Shown: in pieces, positions 16,313 to 20,000 of the stretch
Numbering within the stretch: the stretch's first letter is position 1
Layout: each line of letters starts with the position of its first letter
Position numbers and translations under genes: made by a program
Notes under the pieces: model-generated
What the model saw: the letters and a program-made list of their open reading frames with translations, nothing else
Databases searched by the model: none
Told to the model about the DNA's origin: nothing
Virus record (IMG/VR): IMGVR_UViG_3300043571_000407
Source of the DNA: an uncultured virus (IMG/VR IMGVR_UViG_3300043571_000407)
Taxonomy: Duplodnaviria; Heunggongvirae; Uroviricota; Caudoviricetes
Strand: one strand, 5' to 3'
Length of the DNA: 20,000 bases

Positions 16313-17032
16313 ATGTTCACCCTCTCTAATTCTAACCTACCTGAAACAATCCTGAGTCCATTCAATCTATCGGCTCCTATTTTGTCTGCACAAGGAAGTC
16401 AGGTATTAGCTCCTTTGTTTCAAACTAAAACATTTCATAAATATCCTGGCGTTAACCCTTCCCCAATAGAGCTAACAACCCCTGATGCCATCTTTACCCT
16501 CTATAAAATAGACCTGCCTTTTTTAGCCGTTTTGCGAGTCGGGATAAACAATTTCATTCAAACTACTAACCCAGATAGATTGACTGGGCAAAGATTCTAT
16601 TTAGAGAATACCACCGTCTATTTTGCGACCAATACCGTCCCCGATAGTATTAATTTAACCGTACAATTTAACGCGCCTATCCCCAGGGTAATATGTGAGT
16701 TGATAGTATCTGTTCCCTTGGGAATGATTGTATCTCAAGTTTTAAATAGAGGTGTCCCTCTTAGTTTTGGACAAGTAGGAGAGCGAATTGTGATCGATTG
16801 CTCTGATTCCTGCTGCCGGATTAGAGGAGGGGAAACTTTAGAGATGACAGGGCAATATACCGCACCCCAGAAGTTAATTGGTCAACTCAACGTCTTTGAT
16901 ATTGGGGAGGACTTAGGGTTTATCGACTATGTAGAATGGAGAGGTAGACGGTTTGTTGAACCGCAGGGGGAATTTGCTCCTGGTCAGTTTTTCTGGGATG
17001 AGGCCATTCAATCTTTGAAATTAATCACTTGA
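16313..17032 (+). CDS. Hypothetical protein, likely tail/baseplate component; ATG 16313 preferred to TTG 16268
   Basis: 239-aa beta-rich ORF directly upstream of the hub-like gene. Confidence 0.62.
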   Translation: MFTLSNSNLPETILSPFNLSAPILSAQGSQVLAPLFQTKTFHKYPGVNPSPIELTTPDAIFTLYKIDLPFLAVLRVGINNFIQTTNPDRLTGQRFYLENTTVYFATNTVPDSINLTVQFNAPIPRVICELIVSVPLGMIVSQVLNRGVPLSFGQVGERIVIDCSDSCCRIRGGETLEMTGQYTAPQKLIGQLNVFDIGEDLGFIDYVEWRGRRFVEPQGEFAPGQFFWDEAIQSLKLIT

Positions 17033-17036
17033 TACC

Positions 17037-19499
17037 ATGCCTATTGTTTCCCGTCGATTGTTTAAAAATAACATTGTCAAAAACCCTCCTAGCCTTCCAG
17101 TTCCGATAAAACTGGGATCATTAACTGTTACAAAGAGCTTCCAAGATCATCCCAGTGCCTCAATTACCTATGAAGGGATTTTAGAAGAGGATATTAGCAG
17201 TTACGAACAGGTTTATGAACCTTCTAGGAGTACAAGAATCAGTATAGACGGGATTCCATTTAGGGTCGCTCCCGATGGAGGCTATAGCTATGAAAGAACT
17301 GGATATTTATATAAAGGAACCAAAAAAATAAATGTTTATACTGTTTCAATTAACCTAGAAGGATGGTGGAAGGTTTATTGTTCACGGTCGGTGAAAATTA
17401 AGCCTTTGGTTAATAGGGCTACAGGGACATTATCAGCAAGTCGGTTGGCATCCAAAGTAGGTGTCAATCTGTCTGGCGGGTTTGACATCTTCCTCGATGA
17501 AGTTGGTGAAGACTCCGTGATGTCTCTGGATGATGTATTGGAGGAATATGCCTTAGTAAAGGGCTGTTACGTCCATTATGGGCAGTTTGTTGCGTTAAAA
17601 GACATCAATTCCGGATCTTCTTATAGTTTTAGTTGGGAAGAACAACTAGCGGACGGTTCTAACCAGCTAGGAGTTGCACCCTATTACAATGGAGCCGCGT
17701 TAACCTGGACTCCAAGGGAAAGCAACAAAGAGCAAGTTGACCCGAATGCACCCCCCGAATTCAAGGAAAAAGAACCCGAACTTAAAACTGAATACGAATA
17801 TGACCAAGACGTAACAAACCCACCAAAAGGAACATCCATTCTAAGGAGTTTAGATAGCAACTTAGACCAATCTGGCCCCAAGAAAGTTAAGAGGACAACC
17901 TACTCAATTGACGGACAAATAGACAGAGAGGTTGTTGAAACATGGGGGTTTGCTTATTACTTAAAAGATTTTGTGGAAACGCCCGATGGATTGATGATTT
18001 TAAATCCAGCAAACTTCTGGAAACTAATCGAATTTCAGGAAACTCGTTATTATTATCAGGAGGTGGTTTCACCGATTTACACACTTGCTAAACCTCAAAA
18101 CACACAAGAAATAAAGTATGAATTAGTTGTGCATCCAGATTATGAAGATTATGTAGAAAGTGTGGGGTTTGATGGGATTAAGTTTAAGGCTTCAAAGGCT
18201 AAATATTTAACAAGTATTGTCACGTCTGGATGGAAATTAAGCCGATTTCAACAAGAAGAAATAGGAGGAGACACCGATACCCGTGAGATGATTTTTGTTG
18301 ATGGGGGGGAGGAGGCATTGTTAGAAGAAATGGAACCGGGATGGGTTTATGTTGGCCCACCAGGTCAAGAAAGAATAGAGTGGGGGCTGGTCAAGACAGG
18401 AAGGCTAATCCTTGCTCCTTGGTGGAAAGTAGTTAAATTTCAAAAAATAAACAGGCAAGATGTAACCAACTTTTATATCAAATCAATGCGCGCAGACTAT
18501 GAACAGGACGCAGTTCCCTACAGCATTGAGTGGGTTTTTTGGGATGAAATGGATGAGCAGATGCAGCGAATGATGTTCTCAAAAGTTACACCCCCAAGAG
18601 AGGGTTCTAATCAAAGGTTGAAAGTGGGCTTAATTACTGCCGACATGGATTTTGTAGAGCCAATGCTGGCGTGGACAGAATCTAGGCAAGCGTCTTCGAT
18701 TGCAACAATGGCTCACCCTGACTCAACCGAAGAAGATCCCCTCCCCGCTTTGGTAACGGGAGAAGAAAGCTATTATCAATCAATTTGGACTAAAAAGAAC
18801 GACGAATATTCAACCGAGAAGATAGTGGAATTAACCGCATCGGGAGCAGGGTTTGTTGATGGGGTTGAGAATATTCGATATCGAGAGATTCAAGGGAGGC
18901 CACCAGAAGCTCAATACAGGAAAACAACATGGGAGCAACAACAACCAAAAGCGACAATAACCCTGTCAGCAAGTAGGGTTATAACAAGTAGGGTTACAAA
19001 ACGATACTTTGTCTACTCTGATTCAATCCCTGAGTGGGCATCAGAAGGGGGAGAAAGTCTAAGTTTTGGGGCTGCCTCTACATTTAGTCAAGCAGAAAAA
19101 GCCGCCAAAACTCAACTTACAATTAACACCCTTCAAAGTACCCAAGAAACCCGGACAGTTAGCTGGCACTTCCCGAACATTGAAGGGGGAGATTTTTGCA
19201 CTTTCAGTGGGGATAGATTTCGGGGGAGATTTAGAGTCTTATCGGCTTCCTATACCCTGGAATACGATGGAAGCCAGAATGCTTATGGATTAGATCCAAT
19301 CTGTAAAACGGACGGCACGAAGTTGACACTGGGATTGTGGGACAGTCGCTCTATTCGTGTTGAGACAAGAGAAGATCCCATTCCATCTAACGAAGGTTCA
19401 GATAACAACCAAGGAGAAGATCCAAAAGTAGACAATAATGCCACTATAATTACTTTAGGAGGGGTTTTGCCCTCAACTGTCCCCGGTCGGAGAAATTAA
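17037..19499 (+). CDS. Putative tail tip / baseplate hub protein
   Basis: N-terminal GSLTVTKSFQDHPSASITY and C-terminal NIEGGDFCTF...FRVLSASYTLE...TKLTLG resemble the ends of gp27/gpD/Tal-type hub proteins. Confidence 0.6.
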   Translation: MPIVSRRLFKNNIVKNPPSLPVPIKLGSLTVTKSFQDHPSASITYEGILEEDISSYEQVYEPSRSTRISIDGIPFRVAPDGGYSYERTGYLYKGTKKINVYTVSINLEGWWKVYCSRSVKIKPLVNRATGTLSASRLASKVGVNLSGGFDIFLDEVGEDSVMSLDDVLEEYALVKGCYVHYGQFVALKDINSGSSYSFSWEEQLADGSNQLGVAPYYNGAALTWTPRESNKEQVDPNAPPEFKEKEPELKTEYEYDQDVTNPPKGTSILRSLDSNLDQSGPKKVKRTTYSIDGQIDREVVETWGFAYYLKDFVETPDGLMILNPANFWKLIEFQETRYYYQEVVSPIYTLAKPQNTQEIKYELVVHPDYEDYVESVGFDGIKFKASKAKYLTSIVTSGWKLSRFQQEEIGGDTDTREMIFVDGGEEALLEEMEPGWVYVGPPGQERIEWGLVKTGRLILAPWWKVVKFQKINRQDVTNFYIKSMRADYEQDAVPYSIEWVFWDEMDEQMQRMMFSKVTPPREGSNQRLKVGLITADMDFVEPMLAWTESRQASSIATMAHPDSTEEDPLPALVTGEESYYQSIWTKKNDEYSTEKIVELTASGAGFVDGVENIRYREIQGRPPEAQYRKTTWEQQQPKATITLSASRVITSRVTKRYFVYSDSIPEWASEGGESLSFGAASTFSQAEKAAKTQLTINTLQSTQETRTVSWHFPNIEGGDFCTFSGDRFRGRFRVLSASYTLEYDGSQNAYGLDPICKTDGTKLTLGLWDSRSIRVETREDPIPSNEGSDNNQGEDPKVDNNATIITLGGVLPSTVPGRRN

Positions 19500-19501
19500 G
19501 A

Positions 19502-19675
19502 ATGTCATCCCCAAAAGAAAGAGAATTAGCAGCTAAATTACTTAAAATATTATCTGATGGACAACCAACTTGGAATGTTTCAGGAAGTTCCATTACGGGC
19601 AGATATAGAGGGAAAACAGTAACAGCAACAAACCAAACCAGAACATTAAGGGAATCAGTAGCATGGCGACGGTAA
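19502..19675 (+). CDS. Small hypothetical protein (57 aa), not in the ORF track
   Basis: MSSPKERELAAKLLKILSDGQPTWNVSGSSITGRYRGKTVTATNQTRTLRESVAWRR*; starts 2 nt after the upstream stop and overlaps the next ATG. Confidence 0.55.
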   Translation: MSSPKERELAAKLLKILSDGQPTWNVSGSSITGRYRGKTVTATNQTRTLRESVAWRR

Positions 19676-19869
19676 ATCAAATCGCATCTCAGACTTTAAG
19701 TAGATTAAATGGTCTTAACAAGTCAGTGTTAATTGGCAAGGCTTACCCCCTAGGGAATAGTGGATCTGTATTCTCTGGGATGGGTAAAAGTTTTGTAGCT
19801 AAAGGGGTGGTTACTGGTAATGCGATCGCCTTTAAACACAATGGAAAATGGCAAGTTGTACAAGGTTAA
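19663..19869 (+). CDS. Small hypothetical protein (68 aa)
   Basis: Coupled to the upstream ORF; its stop lies in the first unit of the 16-bp repeat. Confidence 0.6.
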   Translation: MATVNQIASQTLSRLNGLNKSVLIGKAYPLGNSGSVFSGMGKSFVAKGVVTGNAIAFKHNGKWQVVQG

Positions 19870-20000
19870 ATGAGTACAAGGTTAAATGAGTACAAGGTTA
19901 AATGAGTACAAGGTTAAATGAGTACAAGGTTAAATGAGTACAAGGTTAAATGAGTACAAGGTTAAATGAGTACAAGGTTAAATGAGTACAAGGTTAAATG
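19858..20000. repeat. 16-bp perfect tandem repeat GTACAAGGTTAAATGA, at least 8.9 copies, runs off the window
   Basis: Seen directly; no spacers. Confidence 0.97.

Noticed and set aside
9331..18972. Track ORFs 9331-9594, 10272-10472, 11168-11365, 12103-12405, 12749-12943, 15520-15738, 17684-17881, 17887-18084 and 18790-18972
   Set aside because: They overlap better-supported genes and show no recognisable motifs.
19066..19680. Track ORFs 19066-19293 (+) and 19450-19680 (-)
   Set aside because: The first is nested out of frame in the hub gene; the second is antisense to the coupled 19502-19675 ORF.
19858..20000. CRISPR array or LexA/NtcA box array
   Set aside because: No spacers. The unit has AGTAC but not the second half-site of the cyanobacterial LexA box, and it does not fit GTA-N8-TAC.

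Overview
Morphogenesis region of a tailed phage or prophage from a cyanobacterial host, inferred from at least 8 HIP1 GCGATCGC sites. Recognisable genes are a DUF2213 prohead-protease/scaffold gene (1-882, minus, runs off the window, missed by the ORF track), an XRE-HTH regulator, a Mu gpG-like tail-completion protein, a P63C/antirepressor-like gene with a decayed upstream duplicate, a DUF1073-type portal fused to an InPase-like domain, a terminase large subunit and several probable tail genes. These genes are scrambled across both strands. The most striking part (2874-8102) is a tandem set of genes sharing a ~140-150-aa N-terminal leader that ends in a 4-Cys motif but carrying unrelated C-termini: three ADP-ribosyltransferase domains in one, two winged-helix-like repeats in another, and a frameshifted leader-only remnant. 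An R-x-D-[A/S/T] motif recurs at domain boundaries of these proteins, the protease and the portal, suggesting a protease-processed, capsid-packaged polymorphic effector system. Also present are a candidate Sar-like antisense RNA in two copies, an exact 24-bp box 73 nt upstream of two structural genes, a repeat-rich non-coding region (~8960-9320) and three tandem or direct repeats. All family assignments come from motif recognition by eye, not database searches.
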